From an uncultured virus (IMG/VR IMGVR_UViG_3300046507_000662) (taxonomy: Duplodnaviria; Heunggongvirae; Uroviricota; Caudoviricetes): 35,576 nt of DNA. This document shows, piece after piece, positions 15,673-25,627 of the stretch; the first letter of the stretch is position 1, and every line of letters starts with the position of its first letter. The DNA is taken from IMG/VR virus record IMGVR_UViG_3300046507_000662. One strand, written 5' to 3'. Both the position numbers and the translations under genes were made by a program. The notes beneath the pieces are model-generated. The model saw nothing but the letters and a program-made list of their open reading frames with translations. It had not been told where the DNA came from and made no database searches.

Positions 15673-16697
15673 ACGGTCTCGAATACGACGTGGGCGCGGA
15701 TGTAGCCGTTGGCGCCGCTCCAGGTGTAACCGAGGGAGCCCGGGGAGACGAGGCCGATGTCGGTCTGCCGGTGCGCGTTGACGGTCATGATGGTGCCGCC
15801 CGCCTCAACGTTGCAGTGCATCGGGTGCCACAGGCCGGAAGCGCTCTCGCGGAATTTCCCTTCGCCGTGCCAGCCGAAGGGATCAGTGCCGAAGGTGGCT
15901 GCGGTGAACGGAAGGGAGACGGTGATGGTGCCGGTGCCGAGGCTGCTGCCGGTGCCCCAAGCGAGCATCGCGACCGCCTCGCACCGGGTGCCGGTCTTCC
16001 AGTAGCGGCCCCGGACGGTCGATGAGCCGAGGGCGGAGAGGCCGCTCCAGACCGGGGTGTAGGGGGTCCAGGTGGTCACCGGCCCGTAGGTCTCCCACGC
16101 ACTGCCGTTCCAGCGCCGCAGCTGGGTGCCGTCGTCCCAGTACTCGCCGACGTATGGCGTGGCCGGTGCGGTGGCGGCGGGCAGGATCCCGCCGGGGGCC
16201 GTCGTGACCGGACGGGCGTCCTGGACGGAGGCCGCCCCGCCTCCGGACGGAGGCACGGTGACCTGGGCGAGCGGGATGTAAATCTCCGAGGCGCCCGGTG
16301 TCGGGGCCACCGGGGACGCGGACGCAGTCCCCGCGAGGTAGACGGCGTCCGCCTTGCGCAGACCGGAGGAGTCGACGTCCGTGTCCCACACCCGCAGATA
16401 GACGAGGTCGATGCGGGTGAAGGAGGCGTGCGCGGCGTTCAGCGTGCCCACCACCGTCGCGGACGCCAGGAACCCGCGGTACAGCCCCTGGCCCGAGCGG
16501 TACAGGGAGGCGACGCCCGCAGCCACGTTGATCGTGGTACCGCCGGTCAGAGTGACCGTCAGTCCGGGATCGCCCGGACGTATGCCGGAGCGCCCGCCGA
16601 GCGCCGTTCCGTCGCCCATGACGGTCGCCATGTCGGCCCGCCGCAGATCGGATCCGGCATACGTGATCGTGTTCTGCCAGGTCGGGTTGGTCGGCAC
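15669..16697 (-). CDS. Minor tail / receptor-binding protein
   Basis: RIDLVYLRVWD...PLAQVTVP...DARP motif and WNGSAW repeat. Confidence 0.75.
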   Translation of the reverse strand: MPTNPTWQNTITYAGSDLRRADMATVMGDGTALGGRSGIRPGDPGLTVTLTGGTTINVAAGVASLYRSGQGLYRGFLASATVVGTLNAAHASFTRIDLVYLRVWDTDVDSSGLRKADAVYLAGTASASPVAPTPGASEIYIPLAQVTVPPSGGGAASVQDARPVTTAPGGILPAATAPATPYVGEYWDDGTQLRRWNGSAWETYGPVTTWTPYTPVWSGLSALGSSTVRGRYWKTGTRCEAVAMLAWGTGSSLGTGTITVSLPFTAATFGTDPFGWHGEGKFRESASGLWHPMHCNVEAGGTIMTVNAHRQTDIGLVSPGSLGYTWSGANGYIRAHVVFETV

Positions 16698-16707
16698 GTC
16701 AGTCTCC

Positions 16708-17571
16708 TCACAGCCAGGCCGACCGCCACAGGGCGGTCAAGCTCGCAGTCGCGTTGTAGGCGGCAGCCGTGAAGCTGATGGTCACGGTTTTGCCCGGGGG
16801 GATCTCGGGCCACTGGCCGGACAGGTAGCGGCGCCTGGACGCGGCGCCGAGCATCACCGTGTGCGCGTCCGTGTCGACCGTCAGGACGTCACCCGTGCCG
16901 AGAGTGTCGGAGTAGGCCAGGGTCCGCACGGTGCCGTCCTCATACAGCACCGCGACCTGCGGCTGCTGTACCGGCCCCGCGATGGTGAACTGGGGGCGTG
17001 TGGCGATGGTGCCGCGGTTGGTGGCAGTGATCTGCCCGGACACCGTGGTCGCGCTGATCGTCCACGGCATCGCCGCCGGCAGGACCAGGCCGCCCGTGGT
17101 CGACGGCAGCGCGGTCTGCCCCGACTGCTGGGTGGCCTCGTACCGTCGCGGGTCGGCGGCCGTCACCAGCACGCTGTAAGTCGCGATCCGGTCCGTGACA
17201 TAGGCCATCAGTGGCTTGCCGGAGCGCCGCACCGTCGCCTGTTTCGACCCCGCCAGCTCGTACACCACCAGCGTGGTGTCGCCCAGAGCGGCAGCAGTCC
17301 GCAGCCGCTCCAGGGCGTCCTCGAGGGTTGCCCGGTCCGGCGCGGTGACCGTGCCAGCCAGCGTGATCGGTCGGGAGCCGAGGTAGACGGGGCTGGCCCA
17401 CGCCCCGTGATCCGCTTCTCGTTCGGTGTATTCGGATCGGACCTCGGCACTGTCCCAGCCGTCGAAGGACTGCAACGCCCAGGCGACCCCGTTCGTGTCC
17501 ACCCCGCCAAGCGGGATGGCGCCGAGGTCGGCCCGGAGTCCGCCGAGATCCTGCCCTGCCGTGAATGGCAC
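16708..17571 (-). CDS. Distal tail protein (Dit)
   Basis: Follows the tape measure; GWD...RPITLAG...AADPRRY...NRGT...P motifs. Confidence 0.8.
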   Translation of the reverse strand: MPFTAGQDLGGLRADLGAIPLGGVDTNGVAWALQSFDGWDSAEVRSEYTEREADHGAWASPVYLGSRPITLAGTVTAPDRATLEDALERLRTAAALGDTTLVVYELAGSKQATVRRSGKPLMAYVTDRIATYSVLVTAADPRRYEATQQSGQTALPSTTGGLVLPAAMPWTISATTVSGQITATNRGTIATRPQFTIAGPVQQPQVAVLYEDGTVRTLAYSDTLGTGDVLTVDTDAHTVMLGAASRRRYLSGQWPEIPPGKTVTISFTAAAYNATASLTALWRSAWL

Positions 17572-17586
17572 CGCGCCCCCCCTTCC

Positions 17587-20500
17587 TCAGCCGACGAACG
17601 TCATGTGGCGTGCGATGTCGGCGGCCTGTTCGGCTGAGGTCTGCTTGGCGCCGTTGAGGGTGATGTTCGTGACGCGGTCGCCGTGTCCTCCGCCCCAAGG
17701 GGTGCCGTAGCCGTTGCCGGCGTACCGGCTGGCCGGGACCAGGTGATAGCCGAGCGCCGCCGCGGAGGCCGCCAGCAGCGCCCGGCTGCGGGCGGTGGCT
17801 GTGAGCGGGATGAACGCCTCCGGCCCTGCCTCGCCCGCGAGGACCGCGGTCGGCCTGCTGAGGATTCCGCCGACCGCCATCGCCTTGCCGCCCTGCGAAA
17901 CCCACTGCCGCACGAACGTGTCCTTGTTCGGCGCGGGCAGGGAGCCGATCGCGCCGGTCATCTTCGGTACCAGCGCCTTGATGACGTCCGTGGTGAGGCC
18001 CGCCGCGATGAGATCGGCGTAGCCGCGGCCCGTCCCGCCTCGCAGTGTGGACAGAAGGATCAGCGAGTTGGTGAGATCGTCGCCGGTGAGGGTGCCCTGC
18101 GCCTTGCCGACAGCGGCGTTGGCGGAGGCTGCCTGCGTCTTGCTGCCCACGGCCTGGTGGGCGACGGCCTGCGCGTTGGAGTCGCCCTGCGCCGCGAGGG
18201 CCTGGGCCAGGTCGCCGAAGCCCTCCGCGGCCAACGTCTGGAGATCTTTGGCGAACTGCTGGTTCTCCGTGGTCGCCGCACCAAGCTGCTTGGTGAAGTC
18301 GGCGAGTGTGGCTTTGGCAACGTCGCCGGTCTTCTGCAGCTTGGCGACGATCGACTTGAACTGCTTGTCGCTCGCGCTGGCCAGCGAGTTGACGAGGGCG
18401 TAGCCGTCCTCGCCCATTCCCTCGAGCAGGGATTCCACCTCGACGCCACCACGCTTGGTGATCTTTGCGAGGTTGCCGCGCCACTTGTCGGTGGCCGCGA
18501 CGCTCTTGCTGAGCTGCGCCTCGTAGGCCTTGAGGTCGAAGCTGGACGGGGCCTTCGCCCCCTTACGGACGCCGAGCGCGGCGTCGGCCTTGTAAACGCC
18601 CTGACGATCAGCCGAGACCACCTTGTCGGACGCCTTCTTCGCCGACCGGGCCTTGTCGACCCGCGACTCGGCAGCCCGCAGTTGGGCCGCCGTGTGGTGA
18701 CCGTGACGCACCCGAGACAAATTCTTCTCAGCGTCGCCAAGATCGTTGGCCTTCTTCTTCGCGTCCGTCAGCGCCGAGTTGAGCTTGTCCCATGCCGCCT
18801 TCAGGTCGTCGACGGCCTTGTCGTAGCGCGTCTTCGGATCCGACGGGCCACCCAGCACCGCCTGCCCGGTCGGCGTGTAGGTGAAGCCGGCGAGCCCTCC
18901 GCCCGCGAACCGCTTGGCGTTGAGGCGGTCGAACATGTGGGTGCCGTACTTGCGGACGGCGTCGGCCTTGATCACGTACTCGCCGTTGGAGACGAGCGCC
19001 GGGATGCTGTCCGAGGTACCCGTGCCGGGGCCTACGACCCGGCCGCCGAACGGCATGTACTGGATGGCACCGCCGTCCGCGTACCCCCGAATGAGACCGC
19101 CGCGCGCATACTTGCCGCCCTCATGGGCGACGGTGCCGTGATCCGTGTGCGTGGTCACGACGTTGATCGCGACAGTCTTGCCGTGGAGGTTGTTGACGTA
19201 ACCCTGGATGGCGTTCGCAGCCGCAGCCGCGCCCCCGGTCGGGAGGGTCACCCGGATCTGATGGTTCGGGAGTGTCTGCACCTTGAAACCGAGGGTGCGC
19301 AGGGCGCTCTGGGCGGCCCCGGTCAGGGCGCTGACCGTGATGGACTTGCCCTTGGTGGAGCGGACTTTCGCCTGCACCCTGTTCAGTTCCGCGATCGCCG
19401 ATGCCGTGAGGGCGTTGACGCCCACCGTCTTGCTGGGCAGCCTCTTGGCAATCAGCGCGTCCAGGGCGGCAGCCGCCTTGCCCGTCGGGGCGGTGATCTC
19501 CATCTGCCTGCCACCCGGAAGCGTCTTGACCTTGAACCCGACGCTCTCGATGTCCTTCTTGGCGTCGGCAGTCAGCGCCGACACCCGGATCGTGGAGCCC
19601 TTCGGCATGTGACCGGCGAGGCCCTGCACGTACAGCAGCTGCTTCTGGGTGTCCGACAGGCCCGGCGTCGACATGGTGATGGCCAGCGACGACGGAATGA
19701 ACCCCATCTGCATGGCCAGGATCTTGGCCTGGTCAGCGGTGAGGCCGAACTTCTGCCCGGCCGTGACCGCAGCCTTCCACGACGACTCCATGCGCGCCTC
19801 GGCCTGCTGCAAGGCCGGGACCACGCCAGTGCTGTTGGCGCGCGCGAAATCGTAGGTGGCCTGCGCTGCGGACGCCGTCTGCTCGTTGAGGCCCTGCAGC
19901 TTGGTCCACAGGCTCTGACCGTTCTCGCTGGTCGTGTTCAGGCTGCCGTCGACTTGAAGGAGCGCTTTGCCGTAGCCCTTCGCGTGATCGGTGCCGTCCT
20001 TGTAGCTGTTGTTGAGGTCGAGCAGCGCCTGGTTCTGGTTGGCGACCGCCGCCTGCACGTCCAGTTCGCCGCCCGACAGCAGGTCCAGGGCGGTGTGCAG
20101 GGCGCGGGCCTTGGTGTCCGCGTCGGATGCCGAGTCGCCGAGCGTCTTGATGGCGTTCTGGAGACGCCCCGTCGGGTCGGTGGCGTCCAGGGCGGCGGCC
20201 CCGGAGCCCTTGGTGGCGTCGGCGAGATCCTTCTGTCGCTTCCGGGCCGTCTCAAACTCGCCGCTGAGGGACCCGAGGGCGTTCGCGGCCTTCTTGTAGG
20301 CGAGCCCCTGCGGCGTGTAGACCTTCTCCGCGGACCGCCCGGCGAGAACCATTTTCGAGTTCTCCTCGGCGGCGGCAGAGAGCCGCTTGCGCAGGCCGTC
20401 GAGCGAAGTGCCCTGGCCGAGGTAGGCGTCCGTGAGCTGGGTCGTGCCGATGTGGGCGGACTGCATGACGTCCAGCAGAGCCGTCTTGCCGTCCTTCAGC

Positions 20501-22863
20501 TTTGTGTCCGCCAGGGTCTGCACGGCGGCAGCACGAACGCTGCCGTCCGCCACACCGGCGGACTGCTGCAGCGCCTGCGTGAGGCTGGAGATCCGCTGCT
20601 GGTGGGCTGCCGCAGCGGCCGCGGCCTCCTGCTGCTTCCGGGCGAGCAGGTCCAGGCCGATCATGGCGGCGCCGATCGCGACACCCCACGGCCCGCCGAG
20701 GAAGCCGTACAGGCCACGTGCCGCGCCCATCAGGCCCCGGCCGGCACCCGTGCCGATGGCGGCCATCGCGCCGCCGGCTGCCGACCGGAAGCCGACCAGG
20801 CGCCCGCCCGCCTCCTGAATGGAGGTGGACGTGCTGCGGAACGAGTTGCCCATTGCGGCGATCGTCGGGGAGCGGCGCTCCAGCTCGGCCATGACGCCGC
20901 CGAACCGGCCGAGGGTGACGCCTGCGTTCGCTGCCTGCACCCGCTGGTACAGGGAGGCGTCGCCGATGCCGCGGAAGGCGTTGACGCCCGCGCGGCCGTA
21001 GCCGACGACGGCGTTCTGCAGGCCCTGGATCTGGCCGCGGAACGGGCGCATCGCGAGCATGGCCAGTACGGACAGCTGGATCGGGCCGGGAAGCCCGGCG
21101 AAAGCGTGCGCGACGCCTCCGATGATCGCTCCGATAGGCCGCAGGATCCCGGTCATGTTGCCGAGGAGGCCCACGCCGACCTGGAGGCGGCCCGTGAGCA
21201 CGCCAAGGGCACCCGCCCCCGAAGAGACGGACGAAAACATGTCGTGCAGGCCGCCGAGCAGAGGCTGCGCGGCCGCCCCCGCGTTGTCGAAGGCCTGACC
21301 GAGGGAATGGATGGAGGTGATGACCAGCGGCACAGAAGCGACCGCCGCTGATGCGATCGCCGTTTTCAGCGGGGCGGCAAGACTCGATGCCGCCCGCCCG
21401 ATACCGCCGGCCGCGGCATGGAGTTTCGCCTCGACGGAAGGCCCGTAGATGTCCCACAGGTCACCGGCGATACGGATCCCCGATTTGATGTACGGGATGG
21501 CGTCCGAGACGCCCTTCGTCATCGAGCGGGTGACCTTCTCCAGGCCCGGCGCGATTCCCAGATAGATCTGCAGGAAGGCGCTCGAGATCTGCTTACCCAA
21601 GCCGCGCATCGCGCCGCCGAGCCCCTTCGACTCCGCGGCCGCCAGCGCCTCGGCGCCGCCCACGCGGCCCACCTGGACGCCGAACTGCTCGAACGCGGTC
21701 CCGCCCTGGTGGGCGAGCGCCACCATGCCCGCGAGAGCGGGCTTGCCGAACGCCATCGCCGCGGCGGCCGTGAACTGCTGCGTGGTCAGGTGGTGAGAGG
21801 CGTCACCAAGTTGCGTGATGACGTACTGGAGGCCCTTGAAGTTGCCCTTGCTGTCGAACGCCTCGATGCCGAGTTCATGCAGGCCCTTCTGGGCCAGTTT
21901 CGTCGGCTTGGCCATGTTGACCAGCGCAGACCGGAGGGCCGTACCAGCGGTTTCACCGATGATGCCGCTCTTGCCGAGCAGGCCGACCGCGGTCGCGGTG
22001 TCCTTGATGGAGACACCCATGGTGTGGGCGATGGGGCCCACGTATTTCATGGCGTAGTAGATGTCCATCAGCTCGCCCGAGGCGCTGTTGGACGTGTTCG
22101 CGAGGACGTCCGCGACGTGCGTGGCCTCAGTGGACTTGAGGGCGAACTGGTCCATGATGTCGCCCTCGATCTTCGCCGCGGTTGCGACGTCGGTTCGAGC
22201 AGCGGCCGACAGCTGGATCGTGCCCCGGGCGGCCCGGATCGCGTCCTGCGCCGACAGGCCCGCCTTCGACAGTTCGACCATCGCGTCCGCAGCCTCGGCG
22301 GCGTTCGCGGACGGCAGCTTCATGTCCGCGCCCAGCGCCTGCGCCTCCCGGCCGGCGGCCGCCATCTGTGCCCCCGAGGCGCGCGTGACCTCGAGGAATT
22401 TGTTCATCGCGTCGGTATATTCGTTGCCCGAGTGGACGATGTCGTGCAGGCCGAAGATAATCGCCCCGCCGGCCAGCAGGGCGCCCAGGTGCTTCACGGG
22501 GCCGAGGACCGATTCGACACCGGACCGGACCGAGCCCATGCCGGCGCGCGCCGCAGCGCCCATCCGCCCGAACGCGGGTGAGGTGAGAGCCGCCTCGTTG
22601 CGCAGGGTGCGCGCGCCACGGCCCGCGGCCAAAGCCGCAGCCTCCCCCTCCCGGACTCCCGCCGCTCCACCACGTGCACCCGCGCCCATGGCCATGAGAC
22701 CGGTGCGGGCCACCGCCCCATCCGCGCCGAGGGCGCGAATCCCACGCCCGGCCACAAGGGAGGCTTCCCCGAGGGCCAGCAGTTCGCCAGTGCCGGTGCG
22801 CACGACGGTGCCAAAGCCCGGCATCTCGGCGATGACGCGGACGCGCACGGTACGGTCGGCCAC
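17587..22863 (-). CDS. Tape measure protein (TP901-type core), about 1758 aa
   Basis: VADRTVRVRV start; AEAADAMVELSKAG...VADVLANTSN...GETAGTALRS core; ADGG/GPGTGTSDSIPA motifs. Confidence 0.95.
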   Translation of the reverse strand: MADRTVRVRVIAEMPGFGTVVRTGTGELLALGEASLVAGRGIRALGADGAVARTGLMAMGAGARGGAAGVREGEAAALAAGRGARTLRNEAALTSPAFGRMGAAARAGMGSVRSGVESVLGPVKHLGALLAGGAIIFGLHDIVHSGNEYTDAMNKFLEVTRASGAQMAAAGREAQALGADMKLPSANAAEAADAMVELSKAGLSAQDAIRAARGTIQLSAAARTDVATAAKIEGDIMDQFALKSTEATHVADVLANTSNSASGELMDIYYAMKYVGPIAHTMGVSIKDTATAVGLLGKSGIIGETAGTALRSALVNMAKPTKLAQKGLHELGIEAFDSKGNFKGLQYVITQLGDASHHLTTQQFTAAAAMAFGKPALAGMVALAHQGGTAFEQFGVQVGRVGGAEALAAAESKGLGGAMRGLGKQISSAFLQIYLGIAPGLEKVTRSMTKGVSDAIPYIKSGIRIAGDLWDIYGPSVEAKLHAAAGGIGRAASSLAAPLKTAIASAAVASVPLVITSIHSLGQAFDNAGAAAQPLLGGLHDMFSSVSSGAGALGVLTGRLQVGVGLLGNMTGILRPIGAIIGGVAHAFAGLPGPIQLSVLAMLAMRPFRGQIQGLQNAVVGYGRAGVNAFRGIGDASLYQRVQAANAGVTLGRFGGVMAELERRSPTIAAMGNSFRSTSTSIQEAGGRLVGFRSAAGGAMAAIGTGAGRGLMGAARGLYGFLGGPWGVAIGAAMIGLDLLARKQQEAAAAAAAHQQRISSLTQALQQSAGVADGSVRAAAVQTLADTKLKDGKTALLDVMQSAHIGTTQLTDAYLGQGTSLDGLRKRLSAAAEENSKMVLAGRSAEKVYTPQGLAYKKAANALGSLSGEFETARKRQKDLADATKGSGAAALDATDPTGRLQNAIKTLGDSASDADTKARALHTALDLLSGGELDVQAAVANQNQALLDLNNSYKDGTDHAKGYGKALLQVDGSLNTTSENGQSLWTKLQGLNEQTASAAQATYDFARANSTGVVPALQQAEARMESSWKAAVTAGQKFGLTADQAKILAMQMGFIPSSLAITMSTPGLSDTQKQLLYVQGLAGHMPKGSTIRVSALTADAKKDIESVGFKVKTLPGGRQMEITAPTGKAAAALDALIAKRLPSKTVGVNALTASAIAELNRVQAKVRSTKGKSITVSALTGAAQSALRTLGFKVQTLPNHQIRVTLPTGGAAAAANAIQGYVNNLHGKTVAINVVTTHTDHGTVAHEGGKYARGGLIRGYADGGAIQYMPFGGRVVGPGTGTSDSIPALVSNGEYVIKADAVRKYGTHMFDRLNAKRFAGGGLAGFTYTPTGQAVLGGPSDPKTRYDKAVDDLKAAWDKLNSALTDAKKKANDLGDAEKNLSRVRHGHHTAAQLRAAESRVDKARSAKKASDKVVSADRQGVYKADAALGVRKGAKAPSSFDLKAYEAQLSKSVAATDKWRGNLAKITKRGGVEVESLLEGMGEDGYALVNSLASASDKQFKSIVAKLQKTGDVAKATLADFTKQLGAATTENQQFAKDLQTLAAEGFGDLAQALAAQGDSNAQAVAHQAVGSKTQAASANAAVGKAQGTLTGDDLTNSLILLSTLRGGTGRGYADLIAAGLTTDVIKALVPKMTGAIGSLPAPNKDTFVRQWVSQGGKAMAVGGILSRPTAVLAGEAGPEAFIPLTATARSRALLAASAAALGYHLVPASRYAGNGYGTPWGGGHGDRVTNITLNGAKQTSAEQAADIARHMTFVG

Positions 22864-22900
22864 AGCAGCCCCCCATTCAGTTGTCGCGCATTGAGGCAGG

Positions 22901-23503
22901 TCAGCCGGTGGCCATCCCGAACGAGCGGAGAATGTCGGCGGCGGCTTGTGAGGGCGGGCCAAGCTCGCCGGTCTGGAACTGGATGCTGATGGCGGCGCCC
23001 CACAGCTGCCCGAGTTGGCCGTCGGAGAGGTCGTCCCAGAACGCGGCGAACTCCTCGGGATCGGTCGGCTTCGGCTCGATCAGCTGGGCCTCGACGAGCG
23101 CGGGGGCGAAGGCGTCCGCGTCGAACGCCGGTTCCTCGCTGCCGCCGCGGGCCGCCGCCGCCTCGATCTGCTCCTTTGTCGGCGGATGGTCCGCCCGAAG
23201 CTTCTGATAGGCGCGGTGCGTGATGGCCTCGAGGGTGAACCGCACCCGCGACGCTTCGGCCTTCGCCTCGACCTCCTGGAGGTGCTTGGCAACGTCCCGG
23301 GCGGTCTCTGTGCCGTTGGCGTCGTCGTGGCGCTGTGCGCGCTCGAGTAGCCGTTCGAGGTTGTCGATCTCGGCAGATGCTTCGGCGTCCAGCACCAGGT
23401 CGACGATGTGCCGGGGGCGCTGGATCTTCGCGCGGATGTCGGCGAATGTCGTCGGGGGCTTCGCGGCCCGACGGGCGGGCGGCTTCCTGCTCGTAGTGGT
23501 CAT
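22901..23503 (-). CDS. Second tail assembly chaperone-like protein
   Basis: Shares F.(F/L).A..HRAY..L.A.HP...(F/Y)DA..F.PA......EP with 24261-24737. Confidence 0.7.
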   Translation of the reverse strand: MTTTSRKPPARRAAKPPTTFADIRAKIQRPRHIVDLVLDAEASAEIDNLERLLERAQRHDDANGTETARDVAKHLQEVEAKAEASRVRFTLEAITHRAYQKLRADHPPTKEQIEAAAARGGSEEPAFDADAFAPALVEAQLIEPKPTDPEEFAAFWDDLSDGQLGQLWGAAISIQFQTGELGPPSQAAADILRSFGMATG

Positions 23504-23527
23504 GGGTTCCCTGTCCTTGACGTGCTG

Positions 23528-23908
23528 TTACATGGCCTGGTGAACGGCTATCTCAATACCGGCGACCAGGTCTTCGGCGTTCGCGTCGAGCGCGGGGCCG
23601 AGGTGTGGAATGGGGGCGGTAACGCTCGTCCCGAATTCGATGATCGCCCCGTAAGGCGCCTGCCCCTTCAGGGACTTGTCCGGGCCGATCTCCCCTTCGA
23701 CGCCTTCCGCGGTGACCTTGACGTCGTAGGTGATGGTGCGCGGATAGTGAACCCACCGAGGGTGACCGGAGGCGCGCGACTGCGCGTCCCGCTTGACCTT
23801 CAGGCTGGTGACCTTCACGGCCTTCGCCGCGTTCACCCGCAGCCGCTCAGCGAAGGTGCCCAGGTCGTCCACCACGACGGTGAGCCCGATTACGTCGACG
23901 CCTGCCAT
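23528..23908 (-). CDS. HK97 gp10-like tail completion protein
   Basis: RTITYDV...EIGPD...IIEFGTS...PHLGPALD; TAATG overlap start at 23908. Confidence 0.75.
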   Translation of the reverse strand: MAGVDVIGLTVVVDDLGTFAERLRVNAAKAVKVTSLKVKRDAQSRASGHPRWVHYPRTITYDVKVTAEGVEGEIGPDKSLKGQAPYGAIIEFGTSVTAPIPHLGPALDANAEDLVAGIEIAVHQAM

Positions 23909-24273
23909 TACGACTCCCTCCGGAACACGCTGACCTTCAGGCCGTCGGTCTTGCCGCCGTCCTCCTGGTGTGCCGCCACCCGCCGGGCGCCGGCCAGGCA
24001 GGCGTGGCATTTGGTGATCGACGCGTCGTAGGCGTACTCGTTGTCCGCGTGCGTTGTCTCCGCCAGCGGATGCCCGCAGTCCCCGCACAGCCCGGACTCG
24101 GCCTCCATGAGAGCCATCGCCCACCAGCGGTCCTCCGGCAGCCACAACGGCTCACCAGGGGCGGGCTGCGGGCGGCCAAGGAGGATGCTGCGCGGGATAC
24201 CCCACGCCCGCGCCGCCTCCACTTCCCGCCGGTACGGGAGGCGGTGGTCCCGCAGGCGGGCTACGAGAAAGGG
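23908..24273 (-). CDS. Frameshifted extension of the tail assembly chaperone (gpGT-like)
   Basis: -1 frame open from slippery CCCTTTC (24273-24267) to TAA; contains CGDCGH and CHAC. Confidence 0.75.
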   Translation of the reverse strand, partial: PFLVARLRDHRLPYRREVEAARAWGIPRSILLGRPQPAPGEPLWLPEDRWWAMALMEAESGLCGDCGHPLAETTHADNEYAYDASITKCHACLAGARRVAAHQEDGGKTDGLKVSVFRRES

Positions 24274-24737
24274 ATCGGCGACGGCTCCTCGTTCACCGCA
24301 AGCGCCGTCGCGAACAGGATCCTGGCGGTGCCGTCGTTGACTACGTCCAGCAGCCTGTCGACCTGCGCCGGCGTCAGAGACGGCTCGACACAGCAGGCAG
24401 CGAGAACCGCGGGCAGGAACGTCCCCGCGTCGTAGGGCTCCGTGGAGCCTTCCGGCGCCGGGTGGACGGCGATCAGGTTGCTGTAGGCGCGGTGCCCGAG
24501 AGCCCGAAACCGGAACTCGACCGCTGCCTCCCGTACCCGCTCCCGGGCCGCGGCGATGCGCTCCTGGAGTTCGAACGCCGGGTTCGTCTCACCGAGCGAC
24601 GTCGGCTGCCACTCCCCCAGCTGTCCCAGCTCCGCCTCCAACGCTTCCAACTCGGCGCCCGCGTCGCCCGCGAGGCACACCGGAACGGTGACCTCGCGAG
24701 GCGACGCCCCTGCCAGAAGCTCCGAGATGTCCGGCAT
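24261..24737 (-). CDS. Tail assembly chaperone (gpG-like)
   Basis: Directly after the major tail gene; ends ATC CCT TTC TCG TAG. Confidence 0.85.
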   Translation of the reverse strand: MPDISELLAGASPREVTVPVCLAGDAGAELEALEAELGQLGEWQPTSLGETNPAFELQERIAAARERVREAAVEFRFRALGHRAYSNLIAVHPAPEGSTEPYDAGTFLPAVLAACCVEPSLTPAQVDRLLDVVNDGTARILFATALAVNEEPSPIPFS

Positions 24738-25216
24738 CAGGCGACGACAGCCCGCGTCGCCGGGTCCGACGTGACCTTCAGCGGCGCCATGAACTTCGAG
24801 ACCTCGTTGGCCGCCGGGGCGATGTTCTGCGCCTCGCCCGCCGCGACGGGGTACACCTCGACCTTGTCGCCGGTGGCGAACGCCGTCGCGTAGGCCACGC
24901 CGCGGCGCACGATGACGAAGCCAGTCGCGCCATACGTCAGCGTGGTGTACGGCTGGTCCTCGGTCGGGGTCGAGCCCCGCTTGAACGTGAGCTCGACCGT
25001 GTAGGAGCGGCGGCCGGGCTGGTTGGTGGTGAACGTGCTGGCCAGCGACGACGTGTCGACGTCCGCCGTCGCCGGGTCCGCCTTGAGGCCGTCCGGTGTC
25101 AGCCGGGTCGTCCAGTCGTTCGCGGCGGTCAGCTCCGCGACTGTCGGTGCGCTCAGGTTCGCGATGCTGGTCGCGAACGCGACCTTCGTGTTGCCATCGC
25201 TGATCAGGTCAGACAT
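24737..25216 (-). CDS. Major tail protein
   Basis: DGNTKVAF...APTVAEL...VRRG...GDKVEVYPV; strong RBS. Confidence 0.85.
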   Translation of the reverse strand: MSDLISDGNTKVAFATSIANLSAPTVAELTAANDWTTRLTPDGLKADPATADVDTSSLASTFTTNQPGRRSYTVELTFKRGSTPTEDQPYTTLTYGATGFVIVRRGVAYATAFATGDKVEVYPVAAGEAQNIAPAANEVSKFMAPLKVTSDPATRAVVA

Positions 25217-25230
25217 GAACCCTCCTCGGG

Positions 25231-25259
25231 GGCATGAAAAAAGCCCCGGTCAGCGGGGC
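25231..25259 (-). terminator. Putative internal terminator
   Basis: GCCCCG-ctgac-CGGGGC-TTTTTTCATGCC. Confidence 0.6.
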
Positions 25260-25284
25260 GGGGCGAGACTGGTGGCGGGCAGGG

Positions 25285-25617
25285 TCAGATGCGCAGCGCG
25301 GCGACGGTCACCGACGTGACGGCGGAGTAGCCCACCGCCGCCTGCTGGTTGATGTCCGCGTGCAGGGAGCTGTCGATCGGGCCGATGAACTTGTCGGTCG
25401 CGTTCGCGACGGTGACGATCCGATCGGGCAACGTCAGCCCCTTGACCTGGTTGGCCTGCGTGGTGATGGTGACGGTCACGGGGGACGCGCCGCCGTTCTT
25501 CACGTGCAGGAAGATGTTGGACGCGCCGAGCGGGATCTTGTCGCCGCCGCCCGCGGCCGTCGAGTAGGTCGCGGCCAGACCAGCCGCGGTGATCGACTGA
25601 AGGCTGAGAACTGCCAT
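25285..25617 (-). CDS. Small beta-rich virion protein
   Basis: LHVKNGGASPVTVTI; located in the head-tail module. Confidence 0.7.
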   Translation of the reverse strand: MAVLSLQSITAAGLAATYSTAAGGGDKIPLGASNIFLHVKNGGASPVTVTITTQANQVKGLTLPDRIVTVANATDKFIGPIDSSLHADINQQAAVGYSAVTSVTVAALRI

Positions 25618-25627
25618 GGTGATCTCC

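Noticed and set aside
17683..21351. 1222-aa plus-strand ORF and many other long antisense ORFs (e.g. 32001-33989, 27481-28890, 3506-4717)
   Set aside because: Shadow ORFs of high-GC3 genes on the opposite strand; Arg/Gly/Val-rich with no recognisable motifs
22864..22962. Upstream extension of the tape measure ORF overlapping the second chaperone (possible fusion by frameshift)
   Set aside because: No slippery sequence found; GTG at 22863 gives a typical ADRTVRVR start
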